From the sequence record PV037725.1: a DNA stretch of 64,000 bases; one strand, written 5' to 3'. The notes under the pieces were generated by a model that worked only from the letters and a program-made list of their open reading frames with translations, searched no databases and was not told the origin of the DNA. Shown one piece after another: positions 19,073 through 28,883 of the stretch. Position numbers and translations under genes: made by a program. Every line of letters starts with the position of its first letter. Positions within the stretch are counted from its first letter, which is position 1.

Positions 19073-19079
19073 CTACATA
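19073..19079 (-). promoter_or_regulatory. Candidate late-promoter core TATG(TAG) upstream of uvsX
   Basis: Minus-strand TTATGTAG about 30 nt before the ATG. TATG overlapping the start site is the established phiKZ late-promoter motif. Confidence 0.4.
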
Positions 19080-19165
19080 AGGAATGAACTACGGTAATTT
19101 AATGCACTTATTCTATGTTAACAGTGTCGCGACTGTGTTTAATCAATTTAACAAGGTACCTTGAA

Positions 19166-20122
19166 ATGAAATATGGCAATTTGAGTAAGTACATCAAAGA
19201 GGTTGGCGTTAAACCCGGCCCTAAAGCTAGTCAGGAAGATTATCTCGAAGAGGAAGTTGTAGCGGATGGCACAGCTCATCTCAACGCTGACACAGCCCCA
19301 CTGGGTATCGACGATACGCCAGACAACGCTTTGTTCAAACAGCTCCACACCATCTCTACAGAAGCTCTGGCAATCGGTAACTTTGCACGGTACTTCTCCC
19401 GTAAGGCTGATGCACTAAGTATCGCTGTGCAAGAAGGTTTCAAGTACCTGACCACGTATAACTACGAACCAATGGAAACCCTACATCCATTGCAGATGTC
19501 TAATTACACCGAGACCTTGGACTTCATGGATCATGAAGACCTTAAAGTTCCACAACCTACCTCTTTCAAAGGTGAGTTACTCCCTTACACCGTGTTACTG
19601 ATGGAACGTGCTCAGACCATGAATAAGGTTCTGACTAATGTTATCCAACCAGCCACTACTCGCTTTGGCCACTACCTCAGCTTGCCTATGGATCGCGCAG
19701 AACGTCGTGACTTTGAATTCGGTATCAACATCCAAGACGACCGAGATAAGATGAACAAGGAAGACGCTAAGCTGTTTGGTAGCAATCGTTCCAGCTCCGC
19801 ATCGTTGGGTAACCTGTTCAACTCGTTCTCCGACTTTGTAGAGGCCGAACGTAACATGTTGGTTGTGAAGTCTACCATGGGTGAAGGTGGTATGGATTCA
19901 GTGAAGAAAGCTGTACAAGCTTTGACTATTACGGCATCTGCTCTGATTAAGCGTTTAGGTGAAGATGCTCAGAATCGACCATCTAATGAATTCGTTAAGA
20001 TGATCTCGGATCAACTGACTGAAGTAGCTCGTTGGGTAGAATGGTACGCTGGACAAATGACTCGCATCATCGAGACTAACAACGCGCTGTATGAAGTAGA
20101 GAAAGAAATCCTCAAGCTGTAA
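19166..20122 (+). CDS. Head protein with a probable cleaved propeptide (phiKZ gp153-like)
   Basis: ATG 19166 after AAGG. Acidic N-terminus ending in ISTE|A, matching the S/A/G-X-E prohead-protease motif. Confidence 0.55.
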   Translation: MKYGNLSKYIKEVGVKPGPKASQEDYLEEEVVADGTAHLNADTAPLGIDDTPDNALFKQLHTISTEALAIGNFARYFSRKADALSIAVQEGFKYLTTYNYEPMETLHPLQMSNYTETLDFMDHEDLKVPQPTSFKGELLPYTVLLMERAQTMNKVLTNVIQPATTRFGHYLSLPMDRAERRDFEFGINIQDDRDKMNKEDAKLFGSNRSSSASLGNLFNSFSDFVEAERNMLVVKSTMGEGGMDSVKKAVQALTITASALIKRLGEDAQNRPSNEFVKMISDQLTEVARWVEWYAGQMTRIIETNNALYEVEKEILKL

Positions 20123-20124
20123 CG

Positions 20125-20160
20125 ACATAAAGCCCTCCCGCTAAGGGAGGGTGTTTATGC
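20125..20160. terminator. Terminator hairpin between convergent genes
   Basis: ACATAAAG-CCCTCCC-GCTAA-GGGAGGG-TGTTTATGC. Confidence 0.8.
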
Positions 20161-20166
20161 TGTGAT

Positions 20167-20571
20167 TTAACGACACTTGTGCTCAGCACAGTACCACAAC
20201 AAAGACTTGATATCAGCTTCAAGTTTTTCATCAGTACCATAGTTGAGCCAGCAGGGCATTGTTCGGATAATCCGATGTGCCATACGATCGCTATTTAGAT
20301 TCACTTTATCCACCGTAGGAATATTCTTCCAGATAATATTCCCGAATAATGTTGGAAGCTTCATAGCGTTCGAATCCGCGACCAACTGCATACGCTCATT
20401 CAGACGACAAATACTACTTGTGTCATCTGAACTACACTTAACCAATTGAGCGTGCAGTGAAGCTATTACACACATTCTTCGAAACCCGACATCACTTTTT
20501 TCCCACAATCCGTGCCAGATCATGAGTAAACGGTGACGGCAGGCCGCTCTGAACTTTGTAATCAGATTCAT
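20167..20571 (-). CDS. Conserved hypothetical protein
   Basis: 134-aa ORF following RNase H in the same operon. Confidence 0.5.
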   Translation of the reverse strand: MNLITKFRAACRHRLLMIWHGLWEKSDVGFRRMCVIASLHAQLVKCSSDDTSSICRLNERMQLVADSNAMKLPTLFGNIIWKNIPTVDKVNLNSDRMAHRIIRTMPCWLNYGTDEKLEADIKSLLWYCAEHKCR

Positions 20572-20581
20572 GAGTTACCCA

Positions 20582-22027
20582 CTATTTTTTCAGTAAGAAC
20601 TGAGTGTACGGTGATCCAAAGATAGCATGGCCATCTTCGGCCGTAAACACAGTCGAGTATGAATAGGCGCACGGCCCCAACGGGATAATCATCAGCTCAA
20701 CCTTGATGCCATCACAGGCCATTCTATTAAGTTGATTTCGGGACGGAATGTCAATAGCGAGACACAGCTTGATATTGACTTTCTGACCCTTGAACTTAAT
20801 TGGAATGTCAAGGTGTGTAGTGTTTTGAGTGATGCTTTTCTTTAGCTGGGTTACCGTCTTCTTACCTTCAACGACTTCGTAAAAGTCTGTGGTAATGTCA
20901 ACTAGATCCACCGAACTCCCAAGTTTACCATCAATGTATTCGTTGAGACGACGTTCCATTTGAGTGAACTCATTTACAGCGTCGTTTGCCATCCTAGGCG
21001 GATTGAGAGTTTTACTAATCAACCCCATTTCTGGAGTTGCCAGTACATGGATATCATCAAACTTTAGCAGACCAGCTACACCCATCGTTTCGATAGTTTG
21101 ACGGTAACTAGCTCGACAGGCATTTGCTAAGTTGAGAATACCCAATTCTGGAAGGTCCGTACCGAGTGCTTCGGTATGGAGTTGCTTAAGGGTTTCGAGG
21201 TATTCATCGAGTTCCTTAGCCTTATAGACACCGAATGTGGCTTCTGCAATACGACGACCAAACAACAAGTCAGCTTTCGCCAGCTTATCTTTAGATGTGT
21301 CACGTGGCTTAAAGCCAGCGTTATGCATACGACCGAGGTTGTAAGTATAGTAAACACCGTCTGGTACAAGGCCCGAGTTGATGCCAAACACCATACGTGT
21401 TTCCAGTAGTAGTGGCGAGATAGGTTTCTTCTTGAGCTTGGTGACTTTCTCACCATCGATCATAACCTTTACTGGTGCTGCCGTATCAGCCGCTCCGCCA
21501 CGAATAGCGTTCTGGTCTGCCTTGTCATTACCAATATCATTACTATGGCCTTTAACCCATTCGACTTTTAGTTTGTAGCCACGGTCATCCCATTTCTTTT
21601 TCAGATCGAGTAGTTCAAGCCAAAGCTCTTTATTCTCTCGTGGAGTGCCGTCGGTCTTGACCCATTTCTCTTTGATCCATTTTTGGACCCACTGCGTCAA
21701 GCCCTTGATTACATACGTTGAGTCTGGCCGCATTACAAAGCTTTGTGCACCAGACTCAAAAGCGAGTTTAAATCCTTCAATGGCGCCGGTTAACTCCGCC
21801 GTATTATTGGTAGCCCGTCCTTCTACCTTACCAAATGCGTCGATGAACTCGATAACGGTGCAAGTCTCATCTAACGCTACTTCTTTATAACCCTCTGCGG
21901 TCGGCTGTTGCTTAGTCGTAGCCTTGGATGTCATGGGCTTGTTATGGTAAGTATAACCATGGACACCCCATCCGGCAGAGTTCTTTTGGAACGACCCATC
22001 TGTGTATAACACTATTCCATCGCACAT
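20582..22027 (-). CDS. rnhA: RNase HI with a long C-terminal extension (phiKZ gp155-like)
   Basis: LYTDGS, TNNTAELTG, PDSTYVIKG..W..KW, ENKELW and WVKGHSNDIGNDKAD give the full RNase HI catalytic set. About 290 further aa follow. Confidence 0.9.
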   Translation of the reverse strand: MCDGIVLYTDGSFQKNSAGWGVHGYTYHNKPMTSKATTKQQPTAEGYKEVALDETCTVIEFIDAFGKVEGRATNNTAELTGAIEGFKLAFESGAQSFVMRPDSTYVIKGLTQWVQKWIKEKWVKTDGTPRENKELWLELLDLKKKWDDRGYKLKVEWVKGHSNDIGNDKADQNAIRGGAADTAAPVKVMIDGEKVTKLKKKPISPLLLETRMVFGINSGLVPDGVYYTYNLGRMHNAGFKPRDTSKDKLAKADLLFGRRIAEATFGVYKAKELDEYLETLKQLHTEALGTDLPELGILNLANACRASYRQTIETMGVAGLLKFDDIHVLATPEMGLISKTLNPPRMANDAVNEFTQMERRLNEYIDGKLGSSVDLVDITTDFYEVVEGKKTVTQLKKSITQNTTHLDIPIKFKGQKVNIKLCLAIDIPSRNQLNRMACDGIKVELMIIPLGPCAYSYSTVFTAEDGHAIFGSPYTQFLLKK

Positions 22028-22071
22028 CACAAGATACCTTCACTATTAAATAAGCTGCTCTAGATCATTAT

Positions 22072-22509
22072 CTAACGCAGTAGTTTCTTAGCACAGGTCT
22101 CCATCCACCGCTGGTGGGCTTGCTCGAATTTGGAGTAGATCCCATCGATGTGCGTTTGAAGCTCTTTCATCTTTGTACTGATAATTCGGTCTGATGTTGC
22201 TAGATCAGTGGCAGCCGCCAAATCGGCGTCAGTTAAGTACATAGGTTTAAGAGCATCACGGGGGAGGGCGAAAGTATCACAGTCAGCTAACGTACGCTGG
22301 CTAAGATGATGCTTTACCTTCGGGTCAACCCGTTTCGACACCTCAGTCGTTTTTTGTTCTAGTCGGGTGTTAAGCGACGAGGTAGATTCATAATGAACCA
22401 CCGTTTTCTGATTGTCATCGACGTATGTCGGTGCGTAAACCACGCACGCGGAAAGGGTAAGGCATACGCCTAAGATTAAAGCTATTCTAGACATGTGGTT
22501 CATCCCCAT
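22072..22509 (-). CDS. Lipoprotein
   Basis: MSRIALILGVCLTLSA-C signal peptide with lipobox LSAC; helical C-terminus with two further Cys. Confidence 0.65.
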   Translation of the reverse strand: MGMNHMSRIALILGVCLTLSACVVYAPTYVDDNQKTVVHYESTSSLNTRLEQKTTEVSKRVDPKVKHHLSQRTLADCDTFALPRDALKPMYLTDADLAAATDLATSDRIISTKMKELQTHIDGIYSKFEQAHQRWMETCAKKLLR

Positions 22510-22516
22510 AAAGGTC

Positions 22517-22801
22517 TTATTTCAGAATGTCACCGAACACTTGACGACGTTTCAACAGAGTGTCTGCGATCTGGTCATCAGGCTTGGCACACATACTCGA
22601 GGTGAGCATGCGGTTCTCTGACTTAATTACGCTAAGCTCAACAACAGTGTAAACCTGCATGAATGCAACACAGCATAAACACAAGTACACGACAGTGATG
22701 TGCAAATTTGCCAGCACGATTTCTTTAAAAGTCATGTCCCCAAAGAGCGCACGCTTAAAGAAGGGCCAAAAAAGGAGCAAGGCTCGAATAGTCAAACTCA
22801 C
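22517..22801 (-). CDS. Small membrane protein
   Basis: GTG start after GAGG. Hydrophobic stretch ITVVYLCLCCVAFMQVYTVV. Confidence 0.55.
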   Translation of the reverse strand: MSLTIRALLLFWPFFKRALFGDMTFKEIVLANLHITVVYLCLCCVAFMQVYTVVELSVIKSENRMLTSSMCAKPDDQIADTLLKRRQVFGDILK

Positions 22802-22988
22802 CGGAATATCCTCAGGTCAGTAATAAACTAAGCCTACCCATGTAACCATAAAGGCTGAAGCATAGACTTGCTGACGGTATTTATCATACTTGCGTATGAC
22901 TGTACCCGACGTTTTATTTTAACGCAAGCAGAATTACTGATTGTATAGATGGTGTTCCATCCAAAGCTCTACTCACGAGGAAGGTACA

Positions 22989-24299
22989 ATGTACGAATTG
23001 AAAGGCTTTTTTGAATATCCGGCGTATATCAATAATACGGCGGATACTGTAGCTGTACTCGGTGAGATCTCCGATAACAGCTTAACCTATGCAAAAGACA
23101 AGACTATCCTTACCGGGTCGTCCACCCCAAACGTAGGTCTGATCTCATTTCATAGTGTAAGGGACGAAACTGTCGTTCCCGTCGATGGTCCTTACTATGA
23201 ACAAACTCTAAAGCTTGGTGAGTATATCTTCAACCAGGCTCAGGCTGGCACCATTACGAACAATCCTACCGCACTGCGCCAGATGATCATGGCTGAGTTC
23301 GTTGGCATCGTACTGGAATTTAACTCGGGTGTAATGAAAACCAACGGTAACGTTTGGATGCCTGAGTACATCGAGGTTAAACTCGCTACCACCGATAACG
23401 AAGATAACCGTGTTATCGTTTGGTTGTCAGATGATTCATTCTCCGCGCAGTACGACGGATACATCATCGAGATTATCCAACCGATCTTACCTGTTGACGA
23501 TTTCTTTAAAGACCCTTTGGTAGTTAAGGAACTGTTAGATTCATATAACATCGTTGAGAAACTGGAAGATGCGCAGCTTCGTCGGGCACAATACCCGTAC
23601 ACCCACCTGCGTGCATTTGAGTTCGACTATGTTCATCCAGGTGATCCGACTAAACGTTATCCAGCTAAGTGGCTGGTATTGATCTATGGCGAAGCAGGTA
23701 ATAACCCTGACTTGATCAAAGATGCAATCGTAAAAGACATTCTCGATAACTCGACTCATCCACGTGAAGATTGGGAAACCATTCTCCCGGATTTGTTTCT
23801 GACCACCGAGTTTATCTTTACCCCACTTTGGAATAAGTACTCGGTACCTAACTCTGATTTCCGTGCAGGTCTGTACTCACCGGTGTTTGACCCTAATGCT
23901 GATCTGCGTTATGTATTACGCACTGCACGTGGTCCAGCTTACACTGACGTCTTCGTACGTGCCAACTGGCAGTCGAGTGTTAACATCTATAAGTCTCTGG
24001 CTTTCGGTGTTGTTGGTAACCCACAGAACCGTAATGGTGTAACTAAGTTCTATACCAAGTTCCCAGACTACGTTGTATCTGAAGTCGGTACGGGTGATGC
24101 TAACCGCGTCAGCCCAGATACTTTGGAATGGATGCTGTTGTTCTCGACTCTGATTAAAGCCGCTGAAACAATGACCCGCTACACTAGCGTACCGCCAAAG
24201 GTTTCCCGTATGGTGCGTGATGGTATTGTCTACGCTTCTGCTTTCTTTAAGAACGTCAACTATCTGGTCGTTACAAAGTCCTCGGTTGAATCGATCTAA
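22989..24299 (+). CDS. Virion structural protein (phiKZ gp157-like by synteny)
   Basis: ATG 22989 after GAGGAAGG; 436-aa ORF with strong structural-gene codon bias. Confidence 0.55.
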   Translation: MYELKGFFEYPAYINNTADTVAVLGEISDNSLTYAKDKTILTGSSTPNVGLISFHSVRDETVVPVDGPYYEQTLKLGEYIFNQAQAGTITNNPTALRQMIMAEFVGIVLEFNSGVMKTNGNVWMPEYIEVKLATTDNEDNRVIVWLSDDSFSAQYDGYIIEIIQPILPVDDFFKDPLVVKELLDSYNIVEKLEDAQLRRAQYPYTHLRAFEFDYVHPGDPTKRYPAKWLVLIYGEAGNNPDLIKDAIVKDILDNSTHPREDWETILPDLFLTTEFIFTPLWNKYSVPNSDFRAGLYSPVFDPNADLRYVLRTARGPAYTDVFVRANWQSSVNIYKSLAFGVVGNPQNRNGVTKFYTKFPDYVVSEVGTGDANRVSPDTLEWMLLFSTLIKAAETMTRYTSVPPKVSRMVRDGIVYASAFFKNVNYLVVTKSSVESI

Positions 24300-24303
24300 A
24301 CTG

Positions 24304-24327
24304 GGAGAGGGAAACCTCTCCTTTTAT
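24304..24327 (+). terminator. Intrinsic terminator
   Basis: GGAGAGG-GAAA-CCTCTCC-TTTTAT. Confidence 0.75.
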
Positions 24328-24340
24328 AACGGAGCCCCAC

Positions 24341-24826
24341 ATGAAAACTTTTGAATTACCGTTGAATGTAAACACGTTGGGTTCCGACCCCATCCTACAT
24401 TTATACAACGCTTTGATTGCAACCTATCCAGACGACGGGTTAACCCGTGAGAACTCACGGATCTTAAAGATCCAACCTTCGGCTACATCGACCTACCCTA
24501 ACCTGACCTACCTAAGGATTCAGAAAGGCGATGACCCACAAGACATCTACGAATACTATTACAACCGTTACAACATCAATGACTATTTAACCAATCCAAT
24601 CTTTACCACAAGTGAAGCTTTGCAAGCATCTAAGTTACCCAACTCAGTTAAACTGGTCGATGCTATTTCGGCCAAGGTACAACTCAATTTCTTGGGTAGT
24701 GATTTCTGGACCAGCATTAATAGTCTTGACTATAGTGGTGGTACCGTTACACCTAACTGGCTGATGCAATCTACTTACGACTCAGTATACTGGTGTGGCA
24801 GTATGTATGTATGGTTACATACCTGA
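24341..24826 (+). CDS. Virion protein of a jumbo-phage paralogue family
   Basis: YYYNRYNINDY and STYDSVYWCGSMYVW resemble the FRRLDL / SYAYFG motifs of 7812..8363. Confidence 0.45.
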   Translation: MKTFELPLNVNTLGSDPILHLYNALIATYPDDGLTRENSRILKIQPSATSTYPNLTYLRIQKGDDPQDIYEYYYNRYNINDYLTNPIFTTSEALQASKLPNSVKLVDAISAKVQLNFLGSDFWTSINSLDYSGGTVTPNWLMQSTYDSVYWCGSMYVWLHT

Positions 24827-24857
24827 TCCAATCTTATAATCTTTAAGAGTTAGTGAT

Positions 24858-25484
24858 ATGGCAAATAACAACCTAGTTCCACCAGTAGGTACGAAAGGCC
24901 GCTATGTATTAAAGCCTCCCTTCGATGCTGCGATGGTACCGAACAAACTTTACACGTTAGATGCTGACCGAACATTCGGCGAGATCGATACCTTTGGTAC
25001 TAACATCTATACACAGTTCTACCTACCTTACAGTATCCCTGAAACGCAGGTAAGTACCGACCGGGCCGCGGGTGCACGGATCATCACACTGATGACCGAC
25101 GATGCCCCTCCTTTATATGTGCCGACATCGTTCGTACAGTCATACCCAGACTTGAACTATAAGCCGTACAACCAGTACATGGCCGTATTGAGTTTTGGTC
25201 CAATGGCTGAAGACACGCTATTTGAACCAACCGTTCAAGCTTTGAAGAATACCGTAAGTGAGTTCTTAGGTGTGGAACCTGAGATTCATATTGCATTCAC
25301 CCCATTGTCAGACGTTATTACTCCGGAGCAACACGACGCGCTGGAAGCGACTCGGCAAGCAGCTATTAGCAATCGCAGTACAGACTACGCTAGACTATAC
25401 GAGTCCCAAGCACAGGTAGCATTACTGCAACAACGCATCACCATCCTTGAGAAGATCGTCAAAGACAACGGTCTACTTGATTGA
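24858..25484 (+). CDS. Conserved hypothetical protein, probably virion-associated
   Basis: 208-aa ORF with a C-terminal coiled-coil-like segment. Confidence 0.5.
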   Translation: MANNNLVPPVGTKGRYVLKPPFDAAMVPNKLYTLDADRTFGEIDTFGTNIYTQFYLPYSIPETQVSTDRAAGARIITLMTDDAPPLYVPTSFVQSYPDLNYKPYNQYMAVLSFGPMAEDTLFEPTVQALKNTVSEFLGVEPEIHIAFTPLSDVITPEQHDALEATRQAAISNRSTDYARLYESQAQVALLQQRITILEKIVKDNGLLD

Positions 25485-25527
25485 CAACCTTATGTAGAAC
25501 TACATCCTTATTACCCGGAGTAATGAA

Positions 25528-27375
25528 ATGGCACGAGTTAACCTTTTCGATTTTACTGGCTCGATCTCGAACGAGTCCGTAACCCACGATAATGCAGAGA
25601 GCGTAGCGCTCAACGCAAAGAATGATTTGCCTAAGCAGGTACAAGAAGATGCCGACGCCGTACACGTCGACAAAGATGTATCCGCTGAAGCTTCGAACAC
25701 CAAGACCAGTGAACCAGGCCCTAAAGATGGCGGTGGTGATGGCACGGCTGATTTCCAAGCAGCTGACAAAAGTAAAGTAGATATCGACGTTACTGACGTA
25801 GACCCTAAGGTCGCTCATGACCAAAATGGTGGTCGCGATATCGATACCCTGCCTAACAAGGTTAGTGCTAAAGATGGCTTGAGTTCTAAAGACATCAGTA
25901 CTTCGGTAGAAGAACACACTGATAAAGCTGAATCCGAATCAGAAGAAAGCGAACTGGAATCGATCGATGCATCTGGCGCTGAAGTAGTTGGTGCTGCTGA
26001 TGACATGATCCAAGACCTCGACAGTGAAGAACTGGAAGTAGCTGGGTTGACTGATGCTGCTGATAAAGGTATCTCTGAAGCTGACGCAGCTTTCGCCAAG
26101 GTTGACGAACTCAACAAAGGCGTCGCGTCGGTAGAACGTTATCTGGGTCTGTTGAACCGTCTGGATGAAACCGGTCGTGCAATGTCCCCTGAATTGCGTC
26201 AGTCGATTAGCTGGGCTCTGGAAGCTATTGACTCCGAACTGTTCTTTGACGAACGTGTAGCGCTTGAATCCTTCGATCCATCCGCTCGTGTTTCCTTGGA
26301 GGCTAGCGATATGGTTGTTGCCGGTGCTCGTCAATCTCACGGTGAGATCGATGACGGTGATGATCCAGGTTCGGTAGCTAAAGGTATCAGTGGTAAACTG
26401 AAGCAGCTGATTGATGCTGGTATTCGCATGTTCTGGCGTGCAGTTAACGCTGTAGTTGATGCTTACCATGCACTGACTAGCAACATGCCTAAGATCCGAG
26501 ATCACTTGTCTGAACTGCGCGCTAAAGCTAAGATCCTCGACGGCGGTAAAGAATTCCAAATGAAAGGTGCGCATCGCCTACTCATTGGTGATGAATTCGT
26601 CGGTGACTCCCGTCAAGCAATTGACAAGGTGTCCAAGACTGCTAACGAGCTGTTGCTGGCATGGCCTAACCAACTGGGTAAACTGATCAAAGAATGGCAA
26701 GACGGCCGCACTGGTCTGTTTGGTGCCTTCCTCGGTAAATCCGACCAAGGTAACTACAGCAAACTGATCGACGGTGTGGGTGATCTGATGGATCGTTCGT
26801 TCCGTGGTATGCAATCGCTGAATCCTTCTGATCGTGACAAAGTGCCATCTGGCTTCTTGAATGCTACCCGTGTTCACTGGTCTGGTCCACTGCCTGGTAA
26901 CCGTGCACTGTACACCGGTGTTAACGATAAAGGTAACCACGTTGAACAGTCCATGATCAACCAGTCGGTAATGATTAACTTCTCCGCCATTCCAGGCGAA
27001 GACACCAGTTCCGAGGCTGTTAGTGTAGCTACCCCATCCGGTGGCGAGGCTATCGCTATCATCCGTGAACTGGAGAAGCTGACCCATTTCATCGACGATG
27101 CTAAGAAAGGTATGGCTGAGATTAAGAAGATGGGCGAAGAAGCATTCGGTGAGTCCGTCCAAGACCTCTTGGGTATGGGCGGTGCTAATGAATCTAAGAT
27201 GATGGCAGGTATTATGATGATGGGTCTGGCTTCGGCTACTACCCAATCTCAGTCTCAGTTCTTCGGATACTTGACTGGCATGATCAAATCGTACATCGGC
27301 TTCATCTCGGCTTCCTTGAAAGCTGAGGGTGGTAGCCAAGACGACATCGAAGGTTCCGCCACCCGCGTAGCGTAA
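25528..27375 (+). CDS. Internal head/ejection protein with a long acidic propeptide (phiKZ gp162-like)
   Basis: About 250-aa D/E-rich N-terminus with ALE/SLE/GVASVE sites (WALEA, VALES, VSLEA), typical of protease-processed phiKZ head proteins. Confidence 0.65.
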   Translation: MARVNLFDFTGSISNESVTHDNAESVALNAKNDLPKQVQEDADAVHVDKDVSAEASNTKTSEPGPKDGGGDGTADFQAADKSKVDIDVTDVDPKVAHDQNGGRDIDTLPNKVSAKDGLSSKDISTSVEEHTDKAESESEESELESIDASGAEVVGAADDMIQDLDSEELEVAGLTDAADKGISEADAAFAKVDELNKGVASVERYLGLLNRLDETGRAMSPELRQSISWALEAIDSELFFDERVALESFDPSARVSLEASDMVVAGARQSHGEIDDGDDPGSVAKGISGKLKQLIDAGIRMFWRAVNAVVDAYHALTSNMPKIRDHLSELRAKAKILDGGKEFQMKGAHRLLIGDEFVGDSRQAIDKVSKTANELLLAWPNQLGKLIKEWQDGRTGLFGAFLGKSDQGNYSKLIDGVGDLMDRSFRGMQSLNPSDRDKVPSGFLNATRVHWSGPLPGNRALYTGVNDKGNHVEQSMINQSVMINFSAIPGEDTSSEAVSVATPSGGEAIAIIRELEKLTHFIDDAKKGMAEIKKMGEEAFGESVQDLLGMGGANESKMMAGIMMMGLASATTQSQSQFFGYLTGMIKSYIGFISASLKAEGGSQDDIEGSATRVA

Positions 27376-27384
27376 GGAATCAGT

Positions 27385-28578
27385 ATGATTACCCGATCCG
27401 AGTATAAGACACTTGTGCACGATTGGGAAAAGACTGGTAAGCTATTTGCTTCATTGGAACGATACCAAGCTATCTTGGGTGACAATGAAGCAGCTAGCGA
27501 AGACGTTGCATTTGTTATGAGTACTGCTCTTGAGAACATCGACCCTGAGTTCGATATCAAAGAGGGTAGTACTATTACACTGCGAGCCATTAAAGAAGCA
27601 CTCGTTGCAGCCGCTAAGGTGACATGGGAAATCCTTAAACAGATCTACCAATACCTTAACGCACTGTATGTTCGATTCACTGGTAGTATCCGCCGCGTGC
27701 GTGCTAACCAGACTCGGGTAATGCGTAAGCTGGGTGCTTTGGGTTCTAAGACATCGTATTCATCCACTATTAACGTGGCTGGTTTACAACGTCTTAGTGT
27801 GGATGGTAAATTTGTGGGTATGGATATGGATAACCTTAAAGACATTAAGGATATCACTAACTATACTCTCACCGTTTACCCACGTTGTGTTACGCAGATT
27901 GCACGTAACTGTAGCCGTCAATTCCTAAACATCCTCGACCGGGCAACTGGCGAGAACAACAAAGAAATCGCTCACGACATCGTTGAAGTTGTAGCTGAAA
28001 CCTTTGACCGGACTTTCCGTGAACCACCAAGTGCTACCCATGTACGTCAAGGTGAGATCGGTGGGCAAGTTAAGAACCTGAAACGTGGCGCTGCCTTGGT
28101 AGGTAACTCGTCGTTTGTCTACACTGACCCTAAAGCGATGGTAGGTGAATTCCGTAGAACCAACTCCGATACAGCCGCCGCCGTAGCTAGCGCGTTACAC
28201 ATGAACTTCCAGGAACTCAGCCTTAACGTAGCAGATAAGTCTGAACGTGAGATTGACTTACCAACGGTTCGTGAGCTGACTGCTCTAACTGAAGAGATTG
28301 CACGTATCCTGACTATGGCTGAGAAAGCTGATTCGGGTCGTCAAGACTTTAATTCAGTTAAGACCGTAGTCGATGATGCTATTCGTCAAGCAATGGACCG
28401 TACTGAAAACCAATCTCTGGTTCCAGTCACCCAACTCGTAATGACAATCTCTGGTGAGATCTCTAAGAAGCTCGCTGAGCCGATGGATAACTTCATGCAT
28501 TGGTTGGCCATTACGTTGAACGTTTGGTTGAACTTTATTGGTCACTGCGCTGATCACTATGAGCGTGAAGGTATCTAA
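27385..28578 (+). CDS. Head protein (phiKZ gp163-like)
   Basis: ASLER and TALEN motifs in a short propeptide. Mature region (RLSVDGKFVG...) resembles the upstream gene (RLLIGDEFVG...). Confidence 0.6.
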   Translation: MITRSEYKTLVHDWEKTGKLFASLERYQAILGDNEAASEDVAFVMSTALENIDPEFDIKEGSTITLRAIKEALVAAAKVTWEILKQIYQYLNALYVRFTGSIRRVRANQTRVMRKLGALGSKTSYSSTINVAGLQRLSVDGKFVGMDMDNLKDIKDITNYTLTVYPRCVTQIARNCSRQFLNILDRATGENNKEIAHDIVEVVAETFDRTFREPPSATHVRQGEIGGQVKNLKRGAALVGNSSFVYTDPKAMVGEFRRTNSDTAAAVASALHMNFQELSLNVADKSEREIDLPTVRELTALTEEIARILTMAEKADSGRQDFNSVKTVVDDAIRQAMDRTENQSLVPVTQLVMTISGEISKKLAEPMDNFMHWLAITLNVWLNFIGHCADHYEREGI

Positions 28579-28581
28579 CGA

Positions 28582-28613
28582 CATAAAGCCCAGCCTAGTG
28601 GCTGGGCTTTATG
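28582..28613. terminator. Perfect palindromic terminator between convergent genes
   Basis: CATAAAGCCCAGCC-TAGT-GGCTGGGCTTTATG. Confidence 0.85.
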
Positions 28614-28616
28614 CTG

Positions 28617-28883
28617 TCATGAATCAGTTGTGTAGTTAGGACGACCTGTTGCTTGGTCACCACAGCTGGCCAGTGAGCCTGCCATACAGACGGGTATCCC
28701 ACTAATGAATACCTTAGCTGAACCAGTTACCATTACAGCACCTTGGTGTGTCCCAGGGCCGTGTGGGGCTACTTCACAACCCACTACTGCAACTGGGTTA
28801 CCAAAGTAGAACACTTTGGTATTAGGCCCAGGTTTTATAACACCACCAGCGGTGTCGATGTTACATACTGAGATACCTGCCAT
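28617..28883 (-). CDS. PAAR-domain spike-tip protein
   Basis: DTAGG.I...[15 protein letters not shown]....H...[25 protein letters not shown] (His/Cys metal-binding PAAR pattern). ATG overlaps the upstream stop as TAATG. Confidence 0.85.
   Translation of the reverse strand: MAGISVCNIDTAGGVIKPGPNTKVFYFGNPVAVVGCEVAPHGPGTHQGAVMVTGSAKVFISGIPVCMAGSLASCGDQATGRPNYTTDS

Noticed and set aside
26578-27420. Other long antisense ORFs (also 9275..9967, 25939..26574, 47471..48403, 49463..50071, 59401..59952)
   Set aside because: All lie opposite well-supported genes and are explained by the same codon-bias effect.
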